Source: Macrostomum lignano (Eukaryota). From it: a DNA stretch of 64,000 nucleotides. Location: contig NIVC01000438.1 of assembly GCA_002269645.1 (NCBI GenBank), forward strand, positions 159,972-223,971, written 5' to 3'. Position numbers and translations under genes: made by a program. Numbering within the stretch: the stretch's first letter is position 1; each line of letters begins with the position of its first letter. Positions 26,282 through 37,478 of this stretch are shown piece by piece. The notes under the pieces were generated by a model that ran no database searches, was not told the DNA's origin, and saw nothing but the letters and a program-made list of their open reading frames with translations.

Positions 26282-26510
26282 GCCCGTCTGTCTGTCTGTC
26301 TGTCTGTCTGTCTGCCTCTCTGTCTGCCTCTCTGTCTGCCTATCAGCCTGTCAGCCTGCCTGTCTGTCAGCCTGTCTGTCTGTCTGCCTGTCTGTCAGCC
26401 TGCCAGCCTGTCTGTCTGTCTGTCTGCCTGCCTGCCAGCCTGCTTGCCTGTCAGCCTGTCTGTCTGTCTGTCTGCCTGTCCCTGTCTGTCTGTCTGTCTG
26501 TATGCCTGTC
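25901..26510. repeat. (CTGT)n / (GACA)n microsatellite
   Basis: Read directly. Confidence 0.97.
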
Positions 26511-26846
26511 TCAGACTTGTGATATTCAATGCACCAAAAAGTCAGAACAACAGATGTTTGACACAATTTTTAATCGCTAGAATGGCTGATTGAAAAACAA
26601 TAATATATTTTTATTAGCATGAACTTTGAATGCATTTGAACAGTTTGATGTACACAATTATTAATAGACACACAGGAAGATCTAGCTGTGTCCTTTACCT
26701 CAAAAAGGTCTTATATATGCTCGTATACATTAGTAAGAATGTAAAAATATTTAAAAGAACACACAAATGCTCAACAAGTCGCATGATACACAGTAGAAAA
26801 GGCCAACATAAAATTGAACAGGATTAGGAGCAATAATTATACATGA

Positions 26847-29800
26847 TCAGATGGTTTGCAGCACCAGCTCCAACTGCTGGCCATGCTCCAATCGGCCAAC
26901 ATCCGCATCGTTGCGCAGTCGAACATTCGGCAGTTTGCGAATTCGTTCAACAGAGACTGGGTCCTGGCCGAGCTCCTGGCAGAGCAGGTCCATTAATCCG
27001 TCGTATGATCGATTGGCTAGTTCCACTTCGATGAAGTCGGGGTCTCTGGGATATTGTTTGGGAAGGAGAGTATGAACTACAATGAACTACAATTGAGTAT
27101 TCTTGGCTATACTGTAAAAACGAGAGGAAGAGAAAGTGCGATGGGAAGTGGCACGTGAAGATAGAGAGAATGAGAGGAAGAAAAATGGGAAAGGCGGGGG
27201 GGAGAGAGAGGGAAAGATAGAAGAGAGGGAGACAGGGAGGGAAGGGAAGGTAGGGAGAGGAGAGGAGAGGGGAAGGGAAGGTAGGGAGAGGAGGGGAGGG
27301 AAGGGAAGGTAGGGAGAGGAGGGGAGGGAAGGGAAGGTAGGGAGAGGAGGGGGAGGGAAGGGAAGGTAGGGAGAGGAGGGGGAGGGAAGGGAAGGTAGGG
27401 AGAGGAGGGGGAGGGAAGGGAAGGTAGGGAGAGGAGAGGAGAGGGGAAGGGAAGATAGGGAGAGGAGGGGGAGGGAAGAAAAGATAGGGAGAGGAGAGGA
27501 GAGGGGAAGGGAAGATAGGGAGAGGAGAGGAGAGGGGAAGGGAAGATAGGGAGAGGAGGGAGAGGGAAGGGAAGGTAGGGAGAGGAGGGGGAGGGAAGGG
27601 AAGGTGGGGAGAGGAGGGGGAGGGAAGGGAAGGTAGGGAGAGGAGGGGAAAAGGAAGGTAGGGAGAGGAGGGGGAGGGAGGGGAAGGTAGGGAGAGGAGG
27701 GGGAGGGAAGGGAAGGTAGGGAGAGGAGGGGGAGGGAAGGGAAGGTAGGGAGAGGAGGGGGAGGGAAGGGAAGGTAGGGAGAGGAGGTGGAGGGAAGGGA
27801 AGGTAGGGAGAGGAGGGGAGGGAAGGGAAGGTAGGGAGAGGAGGGGGAGGGAAGGGAAGGTAGGGAGAGGAGGTGGAGGGAAGGGAAGGTAGGGAGAGGA
27901 GGGGGAGGGAAGGGAAGGTAGGGAGAGGAGGGGGAGGGAAGGGAAGGTAAGGAGAGGAGAGGAGAGGGGAAGGGAAGATAGGGAGAGGAGGGGGAGGGAA
28001 GGGAAGGTAGGGGAAGGGTAGGTAGGTAGGAAGAAAAGGTAGGGGGAGGGAAGGGAAGGTAGGGAGAGGAGAGGAGAGGGGAAGGGAAGGTAGGGAGAGG
28101 AGGGGGAGGGAGGGAAGGTAGGGAGAGGAGGGGGAGGGAAGGGAAGGTAGGGAGAGGAGAGGAGAGGGGAAGGGAAGGTAGGGAGAGGAGGGGGAGGGAA
28201 GGGAAGGTAGGGAGAGGAGGGGGAGGGAAGGGAAGGTAGGGAGAGGAGGGGGAGGGAAGGGAAGGTAGGGAGAGGAGGGGGAAGGAAGGGAAGGTAGGGA
28301 GAGGAGAGGAGAGGGGAAGGGAAGATAGGGAGAGGAGGGGGAGGGAAGGGAAGGTAGGGAGAGGAGGGGGAGGGAAGGGAAGGTAGGGAGAGGAGGGGGA
28401 GGGAAGGGAAGGTAGGGAGAGGAGGGGGAGGGAAGGGAAGGTAGGGAGAGGAGAGGAGAGGGGAAGGGAAGATAGGGAGAGGAGGGGGAGGGAAGAAAAG
28501 ATAGGGAGAGGAGGGGGAGGGAAGAAAAGATAGGGAGAGGAGGGGGAGGGAAGAGAAGGTAGGGAGAGGAGGGGGAGGGAAGAGAAGGTAGGGAGAGGAG
28601 GGGAGGGAAGAGAAGGTAGGGAGAGGAGGGGGAGGAGGGGAAGGTAGGGAGAGGAGGGGAGGGAAGGGAAGGTAGGGAGAGGAGGGGGAGGGAAGGGAAG
28701 GTAGGGAGAGGAGGGGAAGGAAGGGAAGGTAGGGAGAGGAGAGGAGAGGGGAAGGGAAGATAGGGAGAGGAGGGGGAGGGAAGGGAAGGTAGGGAGAGGA
28801 GGGGGAGGGAAGGGAAGGTAGGGAGAGGAGGGGAGGGAAGGGAAGGTAGGGAGAGGAGGGGGAGGGAAGGGAAGGTAGGGAGAGGAGAGGAGAGGGGAAG
28901 GGAAGATAGGGAGAGGAGGGGGAGGGAAGAAAAGATAGGGAGAGGAGGGGGAGGGAAGAAAAGATAGGGAGAGGAGGGGAGGGAAGAGAAGGTAGGGAGA
29001 GGAGGGGGAGGGAAGAGAAGGTAGGGAGAGGAGGGGAGGGAAGAGAAGGTAGGGAGAGGAGGGGAGGGAGGGAAGGTAGGGAGAGGAGGGGAGGGAAGGG
29101 AAGGTAGGGAGAGGAGGGGAAGGGAAGGGAATGTAGGGAGAGGAGAGGAGAGGGGAAGGGAAGATAGGGAGAGGAGGGGGAGGGAAGAGAAGATAGGGAG
29201 AGGAGGGGAGGGAAGAGAAGGTAGGGAGAGGAGGGGGAGGGAGGGAAGGTAGGGAGAGGAGGGGGGAAAGGAAGATAGGGAGAGGAGGGGGAGGGAAGGG
29301 AATATAGGGAGAGGAGGGGGAAGGGAATATAGGGAGAGGAGGGGGAAGGGAAGATAGGGAGAGGGGAGAGGGGAAGGGAAGATACGATAGGCGATGCAAA
29401 ATAGTGGATTCAATAAGAGCCTTAGAAACTAAAAACGCAGCCCACTGTATGATTTGACAAAGGCGAACATCCACATCACACCAATTAAAATAAACAAAGC
29501 ACCTCTCACCTGGACTTGGCCACTCTGGCTAGCAGAAGCAGCGGTAGTCGAGACCCCGGCAGAGTTCCGCCGCCAGAAGCAGCAGCAGCAGCAGCAGAAG
29601 CAGATCCAGCCGTCCGTCTGGCGTAGTGAAATTCTGGATTTCGCAAATAATTCGGCACAAAACCTGTAGTTGAGGCCCTGGCGGCAGCTGGGGCAGTCTC
29701 AGATCTAGCGGCAGAATCTTCATCAGCTGGAGAGCTACTACTTTTAGTAGCACTAGGAGAATTTCCAACCGAGTTCAATAGCTTGGCCAGTTTAGGCGAC

Positions 29801-30518
29801 GTGCACACGTCAGCTGGGGATTTTCCTGCGGCGCTTTTGATTGACGCATTGGCGCCGGAGCCTGGATGATGTCGAGGGGAGCGGAAAATAAGATTAAAAA
29901 ATCGGGTCTATGAAAATTGAAAACAGCAAAAGACAGGAAAAGGGTTACAGAGATATTAGAAAGATTAGGTGGAGATAAGGAAGCGGGAAAGACGGAAATA
30001 ATGGTATAGGCGAGTGGAGAGGGGGCAGAGGGGGTGGAAAGAAGGGGACATAGATCGAGGGAGCGGACAAAAAGGGACACGGAGGGGGCGGAAGGTAGGG
30101 GACACGGAGGGGGCGGAAGGCAGGGGACACGGAGGGGGCGGAAGGTAGGGGACACATAGAGGGCGGTAAGAAGGGGACACAGAGGGGGGCGGAAAAGAGA
30201 CAGAGACAGAAAAGACGACAGAGAAGAGTGGGCAAGCTGCTTCAAATGCCACAATGGTGAGCAGAGGCCAACATTGGCACATCCCATACCAAGCAACAAG
30301 CTGACAATATGCGCATGATCTCGCTTAGCGGCCCAATGCAGCGCTGTCCAACCGTTGACCCGATTAACAGAGTTCACGCCAGCTCCAGCGGCTAGCAGAC
30401 TAGCAACTCGCTCCTCGTCACCTTGAGCACTGGCCTCGCGTAGATCTTCGTCCAAAGCGGAGCTAGAAGGGCTAGTAACGGAGACTTCTGAAGCAACGTT
30501 GCTGTCTTGAATGTCCAT
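26847..30518 (-). CDS. ANKRD40: Ankyrin repeat domain-containing protein 40; exons 30518-30290, 29861-29510, 27045-26847 (259 aa)
   Basis: LREASAQGD..VNGWTALHWAAKRDH ankyrin repeat, FVPNYLRNPEF and DFIEVEL..ELG..VERIRKLPNVRLRND.DV.RL..Q.LELVL all match remembered ANKRD40 blocks. Introns are GT-AG, phases 1 and 2 matched. Confidence 0.9.
27200..29385. repeat. ~2.2-kb near-pure purine minisatellite (28-29-bp unit GGGAAGGTAGGGAGAGGAGGGGGAGGGAA) in ANKRD40 intron 2
   Basis: Read directly; about one pyrimidine per unit. Confidence 0.97.
30030..30200. repeat. 25-bp G-rich repeat GGGGACACGGAGGGGGCGGAAGGTA in ANKRD40 intron 1
   Basis: About five units read directly. Confidence 0.85.
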
Positions 30519-31894
30519 CGACTGGTGATGCGGATGATCGACGATTACTTTGCTTGATGAAAAGAATTGAAAAATAACAGCAGAGTTTTAGAGGAAATTA
30601 AAATTAAAACCCGAGTTTTATTAAAAGAAATTCTGCCTCACAAGAATTTTATTAAAAAGAAATTTCTTCCAGCCGTTATAAATGTCCCTCTGCCCCTGCT
30701 CCTGTCTATAATCGGTTTATGTACCGCACAGCTGAAAGAGCATGTACATGTTGTACACGCAAATTCCTAAGACAGGTTTAATAAAATAAAGAACCAACCG
30801 AAGACTATCGTAGTCGTTCATTTAATCAGCAGTTTAACACAGCACACTTTACATTAAGAGTGTAGAACATTGTAGAGAGAGGGCCTCTACGCGTCGATTA
30901 GAAAAGAAAACAGCGGGGGTAAGGGGGTGGGGGGTTGGCGCTCCTACACAGTAAAGAGACAGAATTCAATGTACGTACACGCCTCAGCCCTGTCACCCGC
31001 GAACGGACAAAATTTTCTAATCACTGTACAGTGCATCAGCCGCCGCCACTTTATCAGTTAAGTGAGGGAGTGAGAAATGGGGTGGTTGGGCTAATAGAAC
31101 GGGGTGTACATTCAGTGAGCCCCCTCCCAAAACTGTACAGAAAGAACTGGGCGGGGAGGGAGGGGGTAGAGAGTGAAAATGCTGAAGGGAGTTGAAGGCC
31201 AGAAAGCAGCGAATATAAAACCTTATCTCCTGCACGGTAAAAGCAAAGCTTGGCGCACAGCAAAAAGCCCTACTTTGGCTGTTTCTATTGAATAAAAAAT
31301 AGAACTGAATAATAAGGCAAAACAACTCGACAACAGTAACCCCTAGCTACGGACATAGGTTGTATGTAGATGTAGATAAACTAGACAAAGAGTCTCGATT
31401 TCTCAAGACAAAAAAGTGAGACTCTATCAAGTCATACACACTCTTTAAAGAGCAAATTGTAACAAATAAAGGTGAGGTAAGTCATTAAATTACTCACATG
31501 GTGTTTCATGTATATTAAATATTAAATACTAAACTAATATTAAATAGTTACAGTGTACTTTTCGCAATAGTGTAGGGTAAAAATCAATAAGATTTAAGAA
31601 TATGAATTACACTTTCTGAAAAAGCGGAATAATCTTAGCTCGAATAAAGATAAGAAATTTTACATTCTGACGCGGATGCTGCAATATTAAGCAACACGGA
31701 TGACATAAGTTCTAGTTGTACATTTGTTAAAATTTAAATTTAAAGGTACAATTTAAAATCAAAATCATTTCGTGGCGTCATAGCCTGAAACTCTGAACAC
31801 GCTGAACAAGGAACTATGACATAAGAAGCAAATCATTTTTTTCAAATCCAGCAACTCATTAAAATCGCAGTGCAAAATCAATTAAAAGGACAGA

Positions 31895-34800
31895 ATGTAC
31901 GCGGCAACACTGGTCACAGAGCGAGCTTCAGACGCAGCCTCGCCGGCAACAGACGCGCTCAAAGAACTCGTAGGCGATTGTACCTGTCCAATTTGTCAAG
32001 AGGTTTATACTAATCCACATCAGCTAGCATGCGGTCACACTTTCTGCTTGAAATGCTTTGATAAGCTAAAACGAAAATGGGAGAAACGAACAACAAATGG
32101 CGGTGGCGGAGGTGGTGGCGGAGGCAGTGGCAGCGATGGCGAAATGCTCAGTCTCGGGCAGATGTTGCTTCAATTTTCTTCTTCCGTGGCTGGCAGAAGC
32201 GGCGATTCAGACCCGCTGCAATGTCCAGTTTGTCGTACAAGTGTCGACCCGCATCGACCATTGAAACCCGATCAAACCGTCCGGTCTTTATTGCACACAT
32301 TGAAAACTGTCAAAGCTGGCTGTTGTCAAGAGTCCGATTGTTGGAATAAGCGCCAAGTTTGTTGCACCCAATGCGCCTGCGGTCTGTGCGCGGAGCATCA
32401 CAAAGCTAAGATGGAATCCATTCGTTCGGGATGCGACGAATTAGCTCAAGAGGCTGAGAAATTCTTGTTAGCCAAATCGGAGGAGTTCGAGAAGATGCAG
32501 GTAGGTTAAAATTCACATTTTTCTTTCAGCATCGATTGTTATGGACAACATAGCAACACAAAGAAAAGAAGCTGTATTTTGTATAAAAACGAAGAAAACT
32601 TTTCAATTTTGCCAATGACTGTTGTAAGGTTTAAAGTTTTACCGTTTGTATAATTGTTACAAAAACTTTCTATCTGCACTGCAAAAGACAGTTTTATGTT
32701 TAGTTATATCTACTGAATATTTTTAGAGAATTTTAAGGAAACGGTTGTTTGGTAACGTTAAATATCCAAAAGTCAACACTTGTTTCCAACAAAAAGTAAT
32801 TGTAGGAATATATACTCAGCAACATCAAAAAGTCGCCATCACAGAAGATACCGTCTGTTTTCGCCATTTTTGAGAGTGCAGGTAGTCTCTCAATATTTTC
32901 GAGTGACGCAACTCACTACGCCGCGGCAGACTTGAGTTCAGGAATGAAGTGGGGGGAGCGGTGTGCGAGGGTTGGACAGAATAAACCCAGATTAGTTTTC
33001 TCGTATCTTTTATTTTAGAATAGTCCAAGAGAAATTGCTCACTGGCGCATAGAGTGGCGACTTTTCAATGTTGCTCAAGTTGCTGAGTATAGACTGATCA
33101 GGTGACAGTGACTAGAGAATTTAGGAGCAAAAAAGGTACCACGTTTTAATCTAATTAAAAAAAACTGTTCGACACTTTCAGAGTCAACTAACTGACGCGG
33201 AAACGAAACTTGAAGAGCTTCAACAAGCAATGCTAAAATCACAACAAGAACGATTTTCAATGTGCAGCGATCAGCTAGCGGCCGTCAGACAGCGAACAGA
33301 ACAGGAACAGAATGAGAGGACAAATATCGGCGCCGAGTTGAACGAGGAAGCCAAAAAGCTACGACAGTTGTTGGAAAATGAAACTGGTCACATTGGACCA
33401 GAGGTAATTCACATTTTTGGTTTATTTTTTTAATAGGCTACAGTATTCAACGCACCATTGATCATTAGCTTCAAAGTTGCAACAACAAAAATCAGAAATT
33501 TATTTTCAAATCGATTACTTGCTTTACTAGGTTCTGAATCAGCGCGACCAACTTAAAGAGAATTTACAATCGATAAACAGTAAATACCCGTCAAGTTGTC
33601 TACAAGTTGGCTTTGACAATGACAAGATGACCACGGAGCAAGATACAGTGCTCCAAGCCGTATCAGTGAGAATTCTAAAACGACCATACGCTGAGAGATC
33701 GGAAAAGTTCAAGCCAATGGTGATTAAAAAGACTAAACGAGGCGAGCCATGGGAGGTGCGTCTATTGCAAGACGATAAACTGTTGGTGAACTACAAAGGC
33801 TTTCCAACACGACGTCTACATATATTTAATGCCGGGACATTAAAAGAGACCGACATGATTGAACTGCAACTCAATCAGGGCCAATTTCCAGGACAAATTT
33901 GCGTCTGCAGACAGAGAGAAAAAATCTTAGCCTCCGATCCTAAGAATCACTGCGTGTACGAGTTTAACTACGGGGTGAGTTAGTGACTGCTCATTTGGTT
34001 ACATTAGCCCTTTTTGCGTACCGTTAGTTACCATTGCTTTCTAACTATGTATTTCGACACAATCCCTCTGTACATCATGTGTGAGCTTGCATATAAGTGC
34101 GTGTCTGCATACAGTATTACCGGAAAAATGGGCAGAATTCCCTGACCGCTACACCAGGAAGTCCATAATCCTACGAAAATTAATTTTTCTTTATTTCACA
34201 TCAAATAAGCTATCCATTTTCACACTGTCATCCAGGGCCGAATGACTGGCCAATTTGGCAGCAAAGGCTCGGAGCCAGGTCAGCTGCACACCCCGAAAGG
34301 AATGTATATCTACGAAAACATTCTGTACGTGGTTGACAGCAAGAACAAACGTATACAGTTGTTCGATATGGAGCAAGACTATAAGAACGTGGGCAGTGTT
34401 GAACACGATAGCATTAGCACAAGTATCCAGGTGAGATCTGACACTTGAACATACATGCGCAACAGTCGGCCGAGTCGGCCGATCCGGCCGACCGATTTGG
34501 CAGCCAACCAAGGAAGTCGCAAAAATGCCCACCCAAAAAAACGCAAAGTAGTAGTACTAAGTAGCTGACGAGGCATTTTGACTTAATAAGACAGTCATAG
34601 TTACTCCTGCCGTTTACCCAAAGTTGCGTTAATTTTGCGTTAGCGTTTTTTTACATGTAAGTCGCATTTTTGGCCAAAAACTACGTCGCATTTTTGTTAA
34701 AACTAAGTCGCATGGCCGACCGAATTTTGAAGGTTGCGCATGTATGCACTTGAACCAACTATAGAAAGTAACTATTGGCTATTGCTGATGCATACAGTGC

Positions 34801-35806
34801 GTATAAAACCCACAGACACGCAGACTTCAGGTGCAAATAAAACCCAAATAAAACCCACAGACACACTGACTCCAAGTACAAATAAAACCCACAGACACAC
34901 TGACTCCAAGTACAAATAAAACCCAGACACACTGACTCAAGTGCAAATAAAACCCACAGACACACTGACTCCAAGTGTAAATAAAACCCACAGACACACT
35001 GACTCCAAGTGCAAATAAAACCCACAGACACACTGACTCCAAGTGCAAATAAAACCCACAGACACACTGACTCGAAGTACAAATAAAACCCACAGACACA
35101 CTGACTCCAAGTGCAAATAAAACCCACAGACACACTGACTCCAAGTACAAATAAAACCCACAGACACACTGACTCCAAGTGCAAATAAAACCCACAGACA
35201 CACTGACTCGAAGTACAAATAAAACCCACAGACACACTGACTCCAAGTGCAAATAAAACCCACAGACACACTGACTCCAAGTGCAAATAAAACCCACAGA
35301 CACACTGACTCCAAGTGCAAATAAAACCACAGACAAACTGACTCCAAGTGTGTATAAAACCCACAGACGACAGAATATTATAGAGTATCCAGGTACAAGT
35401 GTCAAGTCTCCAAGCGTACATGCATTTCTCTCCCCTCCCCTTACAGGCCGTGTTCGTAGGCCCAGCCAGCATAGTGATTTGCGATCGCGGCAGCGACAGT
35501 CTCATAGTTTTTGACCGAGTCAGCAAGCGCTATTTAAAAAAACTACCAGCCGGTGGTGAACCATTTGACGCTTGTACAGACCGATTCGATAACATGATCG
35601 TATCGTTAACTAGAGAGCGAAAGATTCGAATATATGATTCCACAGTAACGCACTGTATTAATACATTCGACATTGGTTCCGCTATCGATTCGGACTCGGA
35701 GAAATTGCAAAACTATTTGCACGGAGTCGCTTTTGATCCGAATAGCGACCGACTGTTTGTAGCGGAAGCTTTCGCCAAAAGGTTGCTGCGCTTTGACATG
35801 ACCTGA
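31895..35806 (+). CDS. TRIM-like RING / B-box / coiled-coil / NHL-repeat E3 ubiquitin ligase; exons 31895-32500, 33182-33403, 33531-33974, 34236-34430, 35447-35806 (608 aa)
   Basis: CPIC..CGHTFCLKC...CPVC RING; CCTQCACGLCAEHH B-box-like; coiled coil; NHL motifs ILASDPKNHCVYEF, FGSKGSEPGQLHTPKGM..LYVVDSKNKRIQLF, HGVAFDPNSDRLFVAE. All introns are phase 0 GT-AG. Confidence 0.88.
34450..34746. mobile_element. 297-bp hAT-type MITE in TRIM intron 4
   Basis: Perfect 14-bp TIRs CATACATGCGCAAC / GTTGCGCATGTATG; 8-bp TSD CACTTGAA at 34442-34449 and 34747-34754. Confidence 0.9.
34803..35365. repeat. 34-bp minisatellite AAATAAAACCCACAGACACACTGACTCCAAGTGC in TRIM intron 4
   Basis: Read directly. Confidence 0.95.
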
Positions 35807-36564
35807 TTTGACCTTTACTAATTTCAAGTAAGTGGAGACTGATATCCTTGTGCTTATATAGTTACTTATGCTACAGGTAGAACTTGAAGACCACTATTTA
35901 AGATGTAGCCGATTAATAAATATTATATTGCACTGAAATATTGTATACTGCTACTAACTTTCTTGCTTACCTCCTAGAATATCCAGCAACTGGGTTTAGC
36001 GTTTCACGTGTTGTAACGACACATCTATAAACTTTAATAATTATGTTATTTTCAGTTGCTATTAGTATGTTTCTTGGGATTTTCAAGACTTTGATTATGC
36101 AGACTGAAATTTCTGTAGGTCAGAGTGGCTCAAAAATGTAAAGGGTATGGTAGAGATGTATTTTATTTGATTTGTTATCCAGAGTTCGCATCTAGGATGC
36201 TAAATAGCACAGTAGCTACGATGCTTAGAAAGAAAAAACTTTGATTTTAAACAAATTGATTGCCAAACTGTATGCCTCTTTAACACTTTTAGTGTACTAA
36301 CTAACGCTGCATACTCTAGTAAATGATTTGCTTAAAAATAAATATTTACATATATACGATCGATTAGAAATGTTAAACAAACCTGTATTTTACCTTTTTG
36401 ATTTTATCTAAATTGTATAGTCATTGAAAAAAAATCGCTCCGTTTTAAAACATACCTAAGCTAAAGTCTAATTAGTACAAATCTATATTGATAGAGACAA
36501 CAATTTTTTTACAATGGGCGGAGGTAAAATTCGATGTACAATGATTAATGAGAGACCAGGCTTG

Positions 36565-37348
36565 ACGTATATTGATTGGGGAGAGACGAAACTTGATGTA
36601 CATTGATTGGGGAGAGACGAAACTTGATGTACGTTGATTGGGGAGAGACGAAACTTGATGTACGTTGATTGGGGAGAGACGAAACTTGATGTACATTGAT
36701 TGGGGAGAGACGAAACTTGATGTACATCGATTGGGGAGAGACGAAACTTGATGTACATTGATTGGGGAGAGACGAAACTTGATGTACATTGATTGGGGAG
36801 AGACGAAACTTGATGTACATCGATTGGGGAGAGACGAAACTTGATGTACGTTGATTGGGGAGAGACGAAACTTGATGTACGTTGATTGGGGAGAGACGAA
36901 ACTTGATGTACGTTGATTGGGGAGAGACGAAACTTGATGTACGTTGATTGGGGAGAGACGAAACTTAATGTACGTTGATTGGGGAGAGACGAAACTTGAT
37001 GTACATTGATTGGGGAAAGACGAAACTTGATGTACATTGATTGGGGAGAGACGAAACTTGATGTACATTGATTGGGGAGACAAACTTGATGTACATTGAT
37101 TGGGGAGAGACGAAACTTGATGTACGTTGATTGGGGAGAGACGAAACTTGATGTACGTTGATTGGGGAGAGACAAAACTTGATGTACATTGATTGGGGAG
37201 AGACGAAACTTGATGTACGTTGATTGGGGAGAGACGAAACTTGATGTACGTTGATTGGGGAGAGACAAAACTTGATGTACATTGATTGGGGAGAGACAAA
37301 ACTTGATGTACATTGATTGGGGAGAGACGAAACTTGATGTACGTTGAT
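36565..37348. repeat. 31-bp minisatellite TTGATTGGGGAGAGACGAAACTTGATGTAC(A/G)
   Basis: Read directly; ~25 units. Confidence 0.96.
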
Positions 37349-37478
37349 AGAGAAAGGACAAACTGAAATATAACTTAATTGAGAAAGAGGAAATTTTATG
37401 TGAATTAAGTGGAGATGCAATTGATGCACATTAAGTAAAATGCATACGCGATAACAGAATTCATGCCAAAAAACTCAC

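Noticed and set aside
27087-29474. 795-aa and 768-aa Pro/Ser/Leu ORFs
   Set aside because: Translation of the pyrimidine strand of ANKRD40 intron 2.
31017-31039. Palindrome CACTGTACAGTG with nearby CTGAT/GAAA as a hammerhead ribozyme or Helitron end
   Set aside because: No complete CUGAUGA core with three stems and no CTAG terminus at the expected distance.
34759-37429. ORFs over the 34-bp and 31-bp arrays
   Set aside because: Repeat artefacts with no coding features.
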